From the sequence record ON470590: a stretch of DNA of 38,680 bases. One strand, 5' to 3'. A program made the position numbers and the translations under genes. The stretch is from Escherichia phage vB_EcoS-613R10. Under the pieces are notes generated by a model. The model ran no database searches. It saw only the letters and a program-made list of their open reading frames with translations, and was not told where the DNA came from. This document shows positions 38,523-38,680 of this stretch, one piece after another. Positions within the stretch are counted from its first letter, which is position 1. The number at the start of each line of letters is the position of its first letter.

Positions 38523-38680
38523 AAACGGGGGCCGAAGCCATCCGGGCGCTGGCCATGCAGATCCCGGCATTTCGTCAGAAACTGAGCGACGGCTGGTACC
38601 AGGTACGCATTGCCGGGCGTGATGCAGGTGAAACCGAATTGTCTGCCCGTCTTAATGAGCCGCTGGAAATGGTGCCGTGA
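38420..38680 (+). CDS. I: Tail assembly protein I (lambda-like); frame ends at TGA on the last three bases of the window
   Basis: MAATHTLPLASPGMARICLYGDLQRFGRRIDLRVKTGAEAIRAL... matches the lambda gpI N-terminus as recalled; only 86 codons before TGA at 38678-38680, whereas lambda I is over 200 aa. Confidence 0.8.
   Translation: MAATHTLPLASPGMARICLYGDLQRFGRRIDLRVKTGAEAIRALAMQIPAFRQKLSDGWYQVRIAGRDAGETELSARLNEPLEMVP

Noticed and set aside
1-38680. CRISPR arrays, tRNA/rRNA genes, IS elements
   Set aside because: No regularly spaced direct repeats, no cloverleaf-like conserved tRNA features seen by eye, and no transposase-like ORF or terminal inverted repeats; the IS5 copy of K-12 Rac would lie beyond this window.

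Overview
This window is a Rac-type lambdoid prophage of Escherichia coli, read from the integrase end into the tail module, and far more complete than the E. coli K-12 Rac relic. All calls rest on reading the supplied ORF translations and the raw sequence, plus recall of known protein families; no database search was run. Order left to right: intR-xisR-ydaC-ralR-recT-recE-racC-ydaE-kilR on the minus strand, sieB, the racR repressor with divergent ydaS-ydaT, replication genes ydaU (with internal iterons) and ydaV, a block of uncharacterised early genes, an accessory island (KilA-N protein, hok-like relic, small cupin-like protein, 840 bp AT-rich non-coding DNA), nin-type genes and a putative Q antiterminator, a membrane-protein moron between Q and the holin, a lambda-like lysis cassette (S, R, Rz/Rz1), the trkG cargo gene, a ParB-like gene plus an unknown partner, terminase, portal, head and tail genes including a G/GT frameshift chaperone and a 1077 aa tape measure, then lambda-type tail genes M, L, K, I. 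Two N-runs (18028-18066, 37857-37866) interrupt the holin and K genes. No rRNA, tRNA, CRISPR array or IS element was recognised. The best candidates for an undescribed function are the Q-S membrane protein, the ParB-like pair, the KilA-N/hok/AT-rich island and the early-region unknowns; none can be assigned a function from sequence alone.
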